Positions 14,401-27,014 of a stretch of 64,000 nt of DNA are shown piece after piece (the first letter of the stretch is position 1; the number at the start of each line of letters is the position of its first letter). The position numbers were made by a program, and so were the translations under genes. The notes beneath the pieces were generated by a model that ran no database searches, was not told the DNA's origin, and saw nothing but the letters and a program-made list of their open reading frames with translations. The DNA comes from Macrostomum lignano (Eukaryota): positions 62,001 through 126,000 of the forward strand of contig NIVC01002683.1 in assembly GCA_002269645.1 (NCBI GenBank), in the 5' to 3' direction.

Positions 14401-17400
14401 AGAGAATCCCAAAATCTCCCAACTCGAGGAGAGAATCCCAAAATCTCCGAACTAAGGAGAGAAATCCCAAAATCTCCCTATTCAGGAGAGAAATCCCAAA
14501 ATCGCCTTACTTGAGGATAAAAATCCCAAAATCTCGCAACTGAAGGTTAGAAATCGCAAAAATCTCAACTCAGGAGAGAAATCCCCAAATCTCCCAACTC
14601 AGGAGAGAAATCCCAAAATCTCTCAACTCAGGAGTGAAATCCCAAAATCTCCCAACTCGAGGAGAGAATCCCAAAATCTCCGAACTAAGGAGAGAAATCC
14701 CAAAATCGCCTTACTTGAGGATAAAAATCCCAAAATCTCCCAACTCGAGGAGAGAATCCCAAAATCTCTTAACTCGAGGAGAGAATCCCAAAATCTCCCA
14801 ACTCGAGGAGAGAATCCCAAAATCTCCCAACTCGAGGAGAGAAATCCCAAAATCTCCCAACTCAGGAGAGAAATCCCAAAATCTCCCAACTCGAGGAGAG
14901 AAATCCCAAAATCTCCCAACTCAGGAGAGAAATCCCAAAATCTCCCAACTCGAGGAGAGAAATCCCAAAATCTCCTAACTCAGGAGAGAAATCCCAAAAT
15001 CTCCCAACTGGAGGATAGAAAATCCCAAAATCTCCCAACTGGAGGATAGAAATAACAAAATCTCCCAAATCGAGGATAGAAATCCCAAAATCTCCCAACC
15101 GGAGGATAGAAATCCCAAAATCTCCCAAATCGAGGATAGAAATCCCTAAATCTCCCAACCGGAGGATAGAAATCCCAAAATCTCCCAAATCGAGGATAGA
15201 AATCCCTAAATCTCCCAACCGGAGGATAGAAATCCCAAAATCTTCCAACCGGAGGATAGAAATCCCAAAATCTCCCAAATCGAGGATAGAAATTCCCCAA
15301 GCATACTAGATAATTAGCAATGAAAAATAAACTCACAAGTCTCTTCTTCTCTTCCTCCCATTGCAGCATCTGCTGTTTGAGTTCCCGCTCAACCGCAGCC
15401 TCAGTCATCGCGGTCCCGGCAGCTGCACTTTTATCAACAGCCTGTTGCACCAGGTGACGCTCGCGCTGTTCAAATTCTTCCACTTGCTTTTGTAGTGCCA
15501 GAATCTTTGAATGCGCGTGAGCGATCAACAACTGGAGGTCCTCGCGACTGAGATCGGCATCTAAAAAAATTATATAGGTGAAAAAACTAATTAGATGACG
15601 AGGCATTTGGCAGTCATAGAGATGTATAGTTACTCCTTCTATGTACTTTTCTAAGAACTGAATGTTAAGGCGATTTTCTAATGGTACAAGCGTAGCTATA
15701 AACACAGGAGATTCTAAAAGTATATTAGGGGCGATTTTCTAATGGTAGCTAAACACAGAAATTTCTAAAAGTACATTAGGGGCAATATTCCAATGGTAGC
15801 TAACCACAGAAGAATCTAAAAGTACATTAGGAGCAATATTCCAATTGTAGCTAACCACAGAAGAATCTAAAAGTACATTAGGAGCAATATACCAATGGTA
15901 GCTAACCACAGAATAATCTAGAAGTACGAGCATTAGGGGCAATATTGCAATGGCAGCCAAACCAGAAGAATATAAAAGTACATTAGAGGCAATATTGCAA
16001 TGTTAGCTAACCATAGAAGAATATAAAAGTACATTAGGGGCAATATTGCAATGTTAGCTAACCATAGAAGAATCTAAAAGTACATTAGGGGCAATATTGC
16101 AATGGCAGCCAAACCAGAAGAATATAAAAGTACATTAGGGTTACTTTTCTAATGGCAGCTAAACACAGAAGATTCTATAAGTACATCAGGCACTAAATAA
16201 AATATCTAAAATCTCACCTGGACTGCGCTTATCTAAAGGCAGCAGATTTTCAACTTCCGAGCGCAGCATTTGCTGTTGCTGTTTGTCTGCTTCAACTTTG
16301 TACTCGGATAGAATTCGAGTTTCTGCTTCCGCTCGATCAGTCTAATGGTTATATTTTTGAATTTTGTATTAATATTGATACCCCAGCTATTCATTTATTT
16401 ACAAATTACTTACATTGGCCCTGATGCTGTCCAACTCAAATAGGAAAGTTTTGTACTCGGCCAGACCAGATTTTGCCGCCGAGTTGCTTTGCACTTTAGG
16501 ATCGTCTAGGACTGATTTGAACTGGGATAGCAGCTTCCTGCAGGTGGCCGGGTTCGCGTCATGAGTTGACTGGGGAGCTGGTAGGCTGGTCCAGCAACTG
16601 AGGATCTGGGAGGCTGGCCCAGCAACTGAGGATCTGGGAGGCTGGCCCAGCAACTGAGGATCTGGGAGGCTGGCTCAGCAACTGAGGATCTGGGAGGCTG
16701 GCCCAGCAACTGAGGATCTGGGAGGCTGGCCCAGCAACTGAGGATCTGGGAGGCTGGAAAAGCAACTGAGGATCTGGGAGACTGCCCCAGCAACTGAGGA
16801 TCTGGGAGGCTGGTCCAGCAACTGAGGATCTGGGAGGCTGGCCCAGCAACTGGGGATCTGGGAGGCTGGCTCAGCAACTGAGGATCTGGGAGGCTGCCCC
16901 AGAAACTGAGGATCTGGGAGGCTGGCCCAGCAACTGAGGATCTGGGAGGCTGGCCCAGCAACTGAGGATCCGGAACGTTGTCAGAACTAAGGGGCTATAA
17001 TAAAAGAGCCCTAAAAGTACGAAAATGCGGTGAGCAGCTTACTCAGCCTTCTGATTAGCATCGCCAGCCAATTTCAAAGCTTCATCTTTAGCAGCCTCAG
17101 CAGCTTTAACCTGAGCCCAATCCGAGTCAGCCTTACTCGCCATGGCCTGCTTCAACTGCTGCCCATGTTGGCGAGCTTTAGTCTCGGCTGCGATGCCCTT
17201 AGCAACAGCTTCTTCCATAGCGTCGCTAACGGATTTCTTGAGACTGGCCAGTCTAGCCAGCTGCTCCGCATTGCTAGTCGATGACTTTTTGGCTGGCTGA
17301 GCAGCTGGAGTCTGCGGCTGCTGTTGTTGCTTCTTCTCGGCGGCGGGTTCTGAGAGTGGAGAAATAGCAAAAGGAAAATGAAATTTCTTTTTTTAAACTG

Positions 17401-17701
17401 CTGAGATGCGTCTGACTGACTGTCGCATCACGACTTCCTGGTTTGATTGCGTGAAATTCACAGCCATGAGGGCCAACCCCACCCCCCCCCCCAGTCACAG
17501 AGTGTGCGTGCCTGACGATTAGAAAGTCAGGGCTGCTGTGCCCCCTGTGTGAGCGTGTGTAGGGGTGCTGTGCCTGCGTACAGCATTGGCGCGCTTGTGT
17601 GTGCTCAGCAGTCTGCGGAAGACGGATAGACTGACGCAGACAGACAGACAGACAGACAGGCAGACAGACAGACAGACAGACAGGCAGACAGACTGACAGG
17701 C

Positions 17702-17742
<41 letters not shown>

Positions 17743-17817
17743 GGCAGACACTAAGACAGACAGGCAGACAGACAGTCAGACACTAAGACAGACAGGCAGA
17801 CAGACAGACTGACAGGC

Positions 17818-17858
<41 letters not shown>

Positions 17859-17949
17859 CTAAGACAGACAGACTGACAGGCAGACAGACAGACAGACAGA
17901 CAGACAGGCAGACACTAAGACAGACAGGCAGACAGACAGACTGACAGGC

Positions 17950-17994
<45 letters not shown>

Positions 17995-18117
17995 CTAAGA
18001 CAGACAGACTGACAGGCAGACAGACAGACAGACAGACAGACAGGCAGACACTAAGACAGACAGGCAGACAGACAGTCAGACACTAAGACAGACAGGCAGA
18101 CAGACAGACTGACAGGC

Positions 18118-18158
<41 letters not shown>

Positions 18159-19999
18159 GGCAGACATACATGAAGACAGACGGGCAGGCAGACATACATG
18201 AAGACAGACGGGCAGGCAAACAGACAGACATACATGAAGACAGACGGGCAGGCAGACAGACAGACATACATGAAGACAGACAGTCAGGCAGACAGACACA
18301 TACATGAAGACAGACGGGCAGACAGGCAGACAGACATACATGAAGACAGACGGGCAGACAGACATTCATGAAGACAGACAGGATGTGGGGTTGCTGAGAA
18401 ACCCAATCAATTAGTCACTTTTACAAGCTCAAAACTTCGCAAGCTGGAAATTTCACATTGCCGCCGAAAATTCTGCTCGGTCTGAATCGGTCACTATCGT
18501 AAGATGTCGAGAACAAAAAAATCAGAAAAAAGTCCACGAGTCATTTGCGTCCCCAGAGTCGTTTCAGTCATTTCTTAAGTTAACAGATAAAGTAGAAAAG
18601 AAGTGACTCTAGACGACTCTAAAACTACCAGATGTCATGCAGTACAAGTCGCCAAAAAGTCGTCAAAGAAACGCCTACGAGTTAATTTAGGGCGTTTTAT
18701 TTTCTGAGACTCTGAGGCCGTGGAGTCTTAAGCGCATCTGATTCACTCCCTCCCCCAGTTAATCTGCTCAACCAATGAAATCAGACAGCTTAGGCTTAAT
18801 CTAGATCAGCTCACTTAATCCAGGCAAACCAGCTGGTTTAGCGTCCTCCATAGCCAGAGACCCAGATGAAGATGTTGGCAGAGCTGGCGGAGCTGGACGC
18901 GATCTGAATTTTCGTGAGTTGTAAACATGCAAATTGTAACTGGCTTTGATAAATACTAACTGAATGAGTAGTAAGTAATGGCAAATTTAGAGTGCTGAAT
19001 AATGTGTCTATATCTCGTTTATTATGCAATCCTCTATTCTACAATCACTCGTCTCTATTCTACCCTCTCTCTTCTCGATTCTACGCCGTCTCTCGTCTCT
19101 ATTCTACCCTCTCCCCTCTATTCTACCCTCTCTCTTCTCGATTCTACCCTCTCTCTTCTCGATTCTACCCTCTCTCTCGTCTCTATTCTACCCTCTCTCG
19201 TCTCTATTCTACCCTCTCTCTCGTCTCTATTCTACCCTCTCTCTCGTCTCTATTCTACCCTCTCTCGTCTCTATTCTACCCTCTCTCTCGTCTCTATTCT
19301 ACCCTCTCTCGTCTCTATTCTACCCTTTTTCTCTGTATTCTACCCGCTCTACTCTCTTTTCTACTCTCTCCTCTTTTCTATTCTATTCCTTCTCGCTCTC
19401 TATCCTCTATCCTTTATTAAACCTTTCTCTTCTTTATTCTAGCCTTATTATTCTTCAATCTATCAATCTATCCTCTCCTCTCCCTTCTGATTTCCAATTG
19501 TAAAATTAACAATGAGTAACTGACACACATAATTTTACTCACAGTTGCCCCGAAGCTGCAGAGTCGCCAGCTAAAAACGGCAAATAAGCTTCGGCAGATT
19601 TCTTTCCAGCCCGTAGAAATCCCAAATTCAGACCCGTAGCAGTCTCCAATTTGTCTAGAAATTTTTTATCATAAAACCCGTAGGCTACCGCGCCGCCAAC
19701 CAATCCTGTGACGCCAACTAAAGTGACAGCGATTGCTTTGCCATAGCCAGATGACTGCCGCTTTGGCCTACAGAGATGTTGATAATTTATTTTGATTAAA
19801 TTGATTTTCCATGGTTTTTAGTTTGGCATCCTAAATTCTGGTCAATCATATACTACTGCTATCATTGACTACAGAACGTGAATACGCAGGCTTACATCTC
19901 AGAGGTAGAATTGCCAGAGCTTTCACTGCTGCATAGTTGGCGAGTCTGTTGAATTCTTGAAGCAGATGCAGAACGTCTCTGTTTGAAAAAGATAGGATT
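11496..19999 (-). CDS. IMMT: MICOS complex subunit MIC60 / mitofilin, spliced, 5' end incomplete
   Basis: Phase-compatible GT-AG exons: ~19999-19896 (presequence-like RRSASASRIQQTRQLCSS), 19767-19543 (TM segment GKAIAVTLVGVTGLVGGAVAYGFYDKKF), 18903-18815, 17349-17043, 16537-16414, 16341-16218, 15560-15337 (DLQLLIAHAHSKI), 14109-13924 (ELSRQAAAHTNHV), 13092-12739 (QQLWLAAHSL...LVTRFARV...SRLQ), 11813-11496 (GDLETAVRAMARLPGMARLLADDWIRDARAHLEARQ). These motifs match the mitofilin family. The start-codon exon was not located. Confidence 0.92.
11990..12697. repeat. Intronic minisatellite, ~31 bp (GGAGTATGGGATTTAGGATGGGGATTATCTA)
   Basis: Tandem units fill the last MIC60 intron. Confidence 0.93.
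13122..13886. repeat. Intronic minisatellite, 22 bp (AATATGTAATCAGATTAGGTGT)
   Basis: Tandem units fill a MIC60 intron. Confidence 0.95.
14310..15300. repeat. Intronic minisatellite, ~30-31 bp (AAATCCCAAAATCTCCCAACTCGAGGAGAG)
   Basis: Tandem units. They explain the repetitive ORFs 14200-15278. Confidence 0.93.
15660..16190. repeat. Intronic minisatellite, ~51 bp (CTAAAAGTACATTAGGGGCAATATTCCAATGGTAGCTAACCACAGAAGAAT)
   Basis: About 10 diverged tandem units. Confidence 0.85.
16573..16970. repeat. Intronic minisatellite, 28 bp (CAGCAACTGAGGATCTGGGAGGCTGGCC)
   Basis: About 14 tandem units just upstream (on the minus strand) of the 16537 acceptor. Confidence 0.95.
17633..18382. repeat. (GACA)n compound microsatellite
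   Basis: GACA/GGCA runs with CTAA and CATGAA interruptions. Confidence 0.95.
19030..19330. repeat. CT-rich minisatellite (TCTATTCTACCCTCTCTCTCG)
   Basis: Tandem ~20-22 bp units in a MIC60 intron. Confidence 0.9.
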
Positions 20000-21119
20000 C
20001 TGTTGTATTTCTCATTAAAATAAATGGCATATGCAGAATTCAATAAATTAGCATTATCAAACATGTCATCTATATACATATGCAAATGCAACTGCTGCCT
20101 CAGGCCTAGGGGTTGTAGCCTAATATGGGGTTCTAGCCCTAGGGGAGGTTGGTAGGTTTGATTCTAAATCCATTAGACATTTAACTCTACATAGCTTTAG
20201 TTCACTTGGCTATAAAATGAGTACTAGCATTAGCTGGGGTAATTAACTAGTATGTGTGGCAAACCCTTAGTCCTTTGACTAAATAGCCATATAGCCTTTT
20301 GATACATTGTGCAATAGCTATGGCTGAGCTATCAGTTGCATATCTGCCTATTATTATTAAAGGCTAGCCAACCTGGCTAATCTAGCTAGTTTCAATTGTA
20401 ATAGACCAAAAAAGGGAAAGTTGTAACAGTAAACTTTTCCACAAACTTTGGCAATAAATTGAATATTTTTACTTTTTTAAAGTGAATTAGGGGGCCTATA
20501 AAACTTGTATTTTTAATAAAAAATCAAGTTAATAATTTTAAAGGTTGCTCACAGATCATTTATGCTATAAATCTTTTAAAATTTATGTTAATTTTATTAT
20601 TAAAATAAACAAAGTATTTGTGAATAGAAAATGTAATAATTTATATAAATTTAAAAACACTAGGCTTAATAAATATCAATTCAGTGAACTGCCTATATAA
20701 TAGAGTATTTTCCTTTTGAGACTTCAATGTTATATATGCCCAACACCCATCCAACCTATCTGAACCGGATAGGTAAAATGGCTACTAGCCGAGGTAAGCT
20801 GCAAAATTGAAAATGCAAAAAATGATTAAGTTGCAATTGGGAGAAACTAAGTTGCAATCAAAAGGAACTAAGTCACAAATCTGGACAAAACTAAGTTGCA
20901 TTGAATGGGTAAAATTTTGAGGTTGGGCATATACATACATGCGCAACTGCTGGCCGACCTGGCCGATCCGGCCACCGTAAATCGTGGCTGACCAGGGGTA
21001 AGTCGCAAAATTGAGTCAACCAAAAACAGAAAAACACAAGAACCAAGAAAGGCAAGAGGAAAGCGAAAGAAAGAGCAGTTCAGGGAAAATGGTGAAGCAA
21101 AAGAAAACAATTCGCAAAA

Positions 21120-21640
21120 GAAGCAAACTAAGTTGTAAAAATATTCAGGTAAGTTGCAAAAAGGATCAGGTAAGTCGCAAAAGAAGCAAACTAAGTTGCA
21201 AAAAGGATCAGGTAAGTTGCAACAGGAATCAGGTAAGTCGCAAAAGAAGCAAACTAAGTCGCAAAAAGGATCAGGTAAGTTGCAAATGGGTTAGGTAAGT
21301 CGCAAAAAGGATTAGGTAAGTCCCAAAAAGGATTAGGTAAGTTGCAAAAAGGATTAGGTAAGTCGCAAAAAGAATCAGGTAAGTTGCAAAAGGATCAGCT
21401 AAGTCGCAAAAGGATTAGGTAAGTCGCAAAAGGGTTAGGTAAGTTGCAAAAGGATTAGGTAAGTCGCAAAAGGGTTAGGTAAGTCGCAAAAAGGATTAGG
21501 TAAGTCGCAAAAAGGATTAGGTAAGTCGCAAAAAGGATTAGGTAAGTCGCAAAAGGATTAGGTAAGTCGCAAAAAGGATTAAGTAAGTTGCAAAAAGGAT
21601 TAGGTAAGTCGCAAAAAGGATTAGATAAGTCGCAAAAAGA
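21120..21640. repeat. 20-21 bp minisatellite TAGGTAAGTCGCAAAAAGGAT
   Basis: Tandem units, with more diverged copies extending left to ~20860. Confidence 0.9.
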
Positions 21641-21721
21641 AGCAACTAAGTTGCAATAAGAGGGAAGTAAGTCACAATCAGAGGCAATCAAGGGGTAGTA
21701 GGTGCAAGTGTGGCAGGAGAG

Positions 21722-22462
21722 TAGTGATGGATTGAAATAATTTTTCAAATCGAAATCGAAATTTTTGGTTCTTTAGAATTGAAATTGAAATTGAAATTGA
21801 AATTGAAATCGAAATCGAACTCGAAATTTTTGAGCTTAACAAATTTTTACTTTTTCGCTAATCATGCAAAAAGGTTAATACCTTGCCTCTGCATGTATGA
21901 GCTTACATGTTTTATAAAAAGTATCTTTGATATGTTTAAACCAGAATACTTAAGATTTAACTTACTTTAAAAATACGAAATAGAAAATGCTGGTGTATTA
22001 TGTATTATACACTTGTACATAGAAATATAGTAGAAGTTCTATTATACTTCACCACTGTTTAAGCTGAAGATCTAGATACGAGTAGCCTATATCCATTTCA
22101 TTAAGGCTTTAAGTCTTTAGCCAATTAAAATCCACGCCAATAAGTTCAGCCAGTGGGCTTGTGGAGGTTGAGGTGGGTGCAGCACAAGGCCTGGAACAGT
22201 GTGTGCCCCGCACAATCTTTCTTGTAGAAAAGGCAATTCTCACCTCCCCACTGAGTCTTTGAACCGCACTTCCTTTCACTTCCTATAGATTTTCTTTCCT
22301 GTATAGCATGATCAACAATGTCTAAATTGTTAAAATATAACCAAAATTTCGAAATGATTTTCGAAGAATGGTGTCGAAATTCGAAATCGAAATTATTTCG
22401 ATGCAAAATTAGTTTCGAAATTCGGAATATCGAAATCAAAATCGAATTTCGATCCATCACTA
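21722..22462. mobile_element. Non-autonomous hAT-type element (MITE)
   Basis: Terminal inverted repeat (TIR) TAGTGATGG / CCATCACTA, GAAATC/GAAATT subterminal repeats at both ends, and a perfect 8-bp target-site duplication (TSD) CAGGAGAG at 21714-21721 and 22463-22470. An 8-bp TSD is characteristic of hAT. Confidence 0.88.
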
Positions 22463-22564
22463 CAGGAGAGCAAAAACAGAATAGAAGCCTTCAACAACAG
22501 ACAAGATCTTTGAAATCAGAAGCCCGCGTCAACAGTTTCCCATTGATTTCTTAAACTCTGGAGC

Positions 22565-23420
22565 AGGGGTTGGCCAACTCCAGCTTGCGAAGCCCCTCTA
22601 TCTGGCCCTCGCCCCTCGGGTTCTTTGAAACTTCCTAACTCGTAGCAAGGTTGGTGTCTCTTCAACTCTCATCTCTCTCTTCTTCTCTACCTTGCCTCCC
22701 CTCTTCTCTCTCTCCCCCCTTTTCTCTCTTCTCTCATTTTTACTCTCCTCTCTTCTCCCCCTTTCTCTCTACCCTTTCTCCTCAATGCCCTCTTCTCTCT
22801 TCTTATCTTCAGCAAAAATATGTGCATATTTTCTTACTTTAAAGTAGAGGGAATAGAAGATTAGAGATAAGCAAACAGAGGAGAGGCGAGCGATGCGATG
22901 GGAGAAAAGATGGAAGAGGAGAGAAAAGCTGAGGGAGGAAAAAGAGATAAGAGAGAGGAGGAGATGAGAGGAAAGAGGAAAGAAAAGATGATGGATGAGA
23001 TCAGAAGAGAGGAAAGAGGAAAGAGGAGAGAGTAGATGAGAGAAGAGAGGATAAAGAGGAGATGAGAGGAGAGTGAAGAGAGGAGAGATGAGAGAGTAGA
23101 AAAGAGAGGAGAGATAAGATGAGAGAGTAGAGTGGAGAAAGACGAGAGGGAAGATAAGATGAGAGAGTAGAGTGGAATGGAGAGAGACGAGAGGAGAGAT
23201 AAGAATATAGAGAGGAGACAGAAGAGATAGGAGAGGAGAGGAAAGAGAGGAGAGAGGAGAGGAAAGAGAGGAGAGAGGAGAGGAAAGAGAGGAGAGAGGA
23301 GAGGAAAGAGAGGAGAGAGGAGAGGAAAGAGAGGAGAGAGGAGAGGAAAGAGAGAAAGGATAAGGGATGAGAAAGAAAAGAAAAAGAGGATGAGAAGATT
23401 GAGGAATGGAGAGAATTTGC
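22565..23420. mobile_element. One end of a CAGGGG-type hAT MITE followed by CT- and GA-rich low-complexity sequence
   Basis: 22565-22635 (CAGGGGTTGGCCAACTCC...CTCTATCTGGCCC) resembles the reverse complement of 53640-53721. The other TIR was not found. Confidence 0.55.
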
Positions 23421-25095
23421 AAAGGCCTCAAATCTTAGTTTAACATGCATTACTCCCATCTTTGCCTTTTTCCTAACTGTTAACAAGTTTTTGTTTGAGC
23501 ATGACTTCAAATTTAGAATCTATGCAAAAATAGTTCCGGGAATTAGAATTCAGTGGTTTAAAAATCTGTGGGTTTTCACAGCTTGTATCTCTACTGGATT
23601 CGTATTCTGCATCTGATGAGCCATCTGAATCAGGGCTCTCATCTTCCATGCCAAATCGTCTAGCAAATCGTTCTTGAGCTATAGGTCACACTGTATTCAC
23701 TTCACTTACTTCTGGACATTCATGAATCATGAATTTTGTAGTATGCTCACTACACTGTACTGACAATTTACTAATTGCTTCATGCCGCCACTAGATGACA
23801 TACTAATTAGCTGTTATAAAAACGCGGAATCTGCATGCAGCACTAATTAGCTGGCGAGGCATTTAGCTTTAAAAATATGGTCATAGTTACTCCTGCCGTT
23901 TACCTAAAGTTTTAGCTTGGCTCTTTCATAGGTAAGTCGCATTTTTTATCGAAAACTAAGTCACACGGCTAGCATAATTTCAGAAGTTGCATATGTATGG
24001 GCATATATGTTCAAGGTGAAATTTATCTATTTAGCATTTTGTACAAAAAGTAAAAAAATGTGCATACATGCAAAACTTCATTAAAAATTTAGGCCCTAAG
24101 GAAGTTCAAATAAATTAGGCCTAATTTTGGCACTAATGTTACCATTGTTAAATTTATATATAATAATATGTATACTTTTCTTTTCTGGCAAAAAATCCAT
24201 TATTCTATATGCCTTTCTTGGTAATTTTTTTTTGTTTTGCATGCTTGATGTATGAACATGATTGATGTACACCTTGGCTAAGATTTAGAGCCTACTTGCT
24301 AAGATTTACTTGCAATGCATTTTGCCCCTAAGCTTGTCACTTTTTGATTGAATTGCCTACCAAGCTTTTTCACTTAGGTTTGCCTACAAGGCCGTAGAAC
24401 ATTTAGCCATAGATTTAGGTTACAAATATACCCCTGACCCTATATGGTCTGTAGGCTTATGTATGTACCTATTATTCTATTTTTAAGAGTAAAATTTACT
24501 CTCGTTTAAAAAGTTTTTAATAAAAAAGGCATGCTTCAAAAAGAACATTGTTAAAATTTTGCTTTTTGTTTTCCCACGGAGGGATGCATTCTCCTAAAAA
24601 CTTCCTTAAACTCAGTCCTTAGTGGCACTGAGTTCGAGTGACTGAGTGAGTCTAAACTTACCATCAATTGAAAAGTTGACGCATTCCTTAGAATATTCAT
24701 GGCGAAATACCAGGCTAGTGAGTCCTGTCTGAAGACTAAGAATTTTTAGGTTTAGCTATTTAGCTAAGACTATTTTAGCTATTTTAGCTAAGACTAAGAA
24801 TATTATCACTAATTATTTATAAATGATGCTATAACCCTAAACCCACGAATATTATCGAACAAGACAGTTAACTTGGAAGCAAAAGTTATATTTCCTGGAA
24901 AAAGCGGATACAAATAGTAGAATAAATTAAATAAAAAAGTTAAAAATTATAAAAAATGTTTTAAGTACCACTTTTCATTTAAATAGTAAATTTTATATTT
25001 AATTATTTAAAAAATACTTTTAAAATGGCTTTTTTAGTAGTCAGGGTATTTTGTTCGGTTTTTTTCAAAAAATGCTGAAACACCACACTACTTTA

Positions 25096-25513
25096 GGTCA
25101 CTGGTCAGATTGTCACATTCCATTTCGTCATATCGGATGACGAAGTGACCAGAAGCAAAGTAGCTTGAAAAATAATATGACGAAGTGACCAAATATTTAG
25201 TTATGCTGGATACTTCGTCATCAACCAATCAATCTGTGCGTTATTCGAGTTAGTGTAAACTATTTTTTGTTTAATAACTATAAGCTGCGGCAAGCAGAAC
25301 CGATCGATCGACAGGTTTTATCAATCGAGATGACAAAATGACTGGGCAATATTTAATTGCCACAATAATTCACTCGAAGTTGGAACTAATATGATTGGTG
25401 GATGACGAAATGACTCTCTTCAGGTAGGCCTAGTGCATGTTAATTAAGATGACGAAGTGACCATAGTCGAGGTGAGCACCCCAGACACTCAGATGACGAA
25501 ATGACTAAGAACC
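25096..25513. mobile_element. Candidate degenerate MITE with repeated GATGACGAARTGAC motifs
   Basis: Flanked by direct CTACTTTA (25088-25095 and 25514-25521). The TIR is weak (8/12 match), and several internal motif copies occur in both orientations. Confidence 0.4.
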
Positions 25514-26177
25514 CTACTTTAATATGAAGTGCATGCATGCATATGCACAGTCTATGGTTGTTCTCATTGTCACGCTGCACGACGCACATATGGATGTCAC
25601 TCGTCATTTCTTAAACTTTTAAACATTGTCAGCGTTGTCAGCATCGAGTCTAGAGTCTGGAAAAACAGAAACACCTAGCTTTATGTTCGATTTTTAGTGC
25701 ATAGGCCTATGCTATGCATTGCCATTATACACAAGCATAATGTATGTGTACAGTCAAACAGATGCAAAGCGGCAAAATGTGTTATTATTCTATCTATTCT
25801 TGTTGAACCACAGATACTATAGGCCTAGCCCCCCCCCCCTACTAGAATAACTAATTGGACCCCCAGGCCACTCAGGCATATATACTAAGCAAAGCAGCTT
25901 CCTACTTTCAATTCAGTAGGCCTTAGCAATGAAGACTAAAGATTATCATATGGTATCAGGTAGAGGTCGGATGGGATTGAAATCTTTGGGCAGGATCGGG
26001 ATCGGGAATAATTTTTTTCTCGGGATTGGGATCGGGATTCGGGAATTGGGATCAGGTCTTTTTGTGTATTGTTCATGTAAAGTTAAACAAAATTGAGAAA
26101 AGATTATCAAGATCAAAAAGTAAAACACAATGAAATTGTAGATAAATAAAGGTAAATATCAACATGAAGTATTATTT

Positions 26178-26227
26178 GAGTTGCCGATGCATTTCGTCCA
26201 TTTGCATTAGGACATCGTCAGGGTCTT
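26178..26227 (-). ncRNA. Candidate minimal hammerhead ribozyme, inverted copy
   Basis: Exact reverse complement of the 27731-27780 motif, with the core at 26221-26186. Confidence 0.65.
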
Positions 26228-26409
26228 TTTATTGAGAAACAATTTGAACAAATATTCAGTATATATAGATAGTTGAGAGTAACAAGAGTAGTTGACTTGA
26301 GTTTTTAATTGATGGTTTAAAACTTGTACATAGTAAACAATTTTTGATACAGTATTGGTTGGGTAAAGTGCATATCAGTTTCAAGCCAGTCCGGTCATTG
26401 ACAAATCAG

Positions 26410-27014
26410 CTAAAAAATTCTGAGTTGACGGCTAGCCCCACCCATCGCAAGTTGGTTATTTAACGTGGGCTGTTTGGTCTTAATGTACAGGGCTTCTAAT
26501 AGGCAGAGCATGTGATCTCTATTACAAAAATCAATAGCCTTAATCATTTCGTGTGGTTCAGCCTCACAACAAGAATTGCAGGTTAGCAGGTGTTCGTTAA
26601 TAGCAGAGTTTTTTAGCCAGTGCTCTCTGACCCTCGTGTATAAGTGTCGTTTAGTTTTTCCTATGTAGGAGATGCTCTGGTCCTCAGAGCAAACAAATTT
26701 ATACACGACACCAGCCGCGAGAGGACGTGGAACACTGGATTTCAACTTGCAGACAAACTTAGCAATCTTTTCGGTACGAAACACAACACGGATTTGAGTG
26801 TTTAAGTCTTTACGGAGCAGCTTTTCTAACTTCTTTTTAAACTCTATAGAACAAACACCAAAGTAAGGCAAAGTGATCAAGGGACATTCAGAGGTGGAAT
26901 CACGAACTTTCATCCGATTAGGTTCAGTCAGTTTGTCATTGAGAAAAGAGTTGACAATTTTCATCACAAAGTTCTTAGGATAGCCATTGTAGCTGAGCAG
27001 ATTGGTGAGGATTT
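26410..27014 (-). pseudogene. Truncated Penelope-like ORF C-terminus (GIY-YIG endonuclease)
   Basis: ORF 26410..26967 plus its upstream open frame. It is 5'-truncated at the inversion junction. Confidence 0.85.

Noticed and set aside
17511-17531. CTGACGA...GAAA as another hammerhead
   Set aside because: There is no stem II between the motifs. The sequence is simply a CCTGAC/GTCAGG hairpin in a dispersed repeat also seen near 29855.
19846-20091. 81-aa minus-strand ORF as an independent gene
   Set aside because: It overlaps the MIC60 presequence exon in a different frame. Only the other frame is phase-compatible with the next exon.
20100-24500. A large foldback element spanning 20.1-24.5 kb
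   Set aside because: Only short scattered similarities (AACTAAGTCACA, GGGCATATA) were seen. I could not define TIRs or a TSD.
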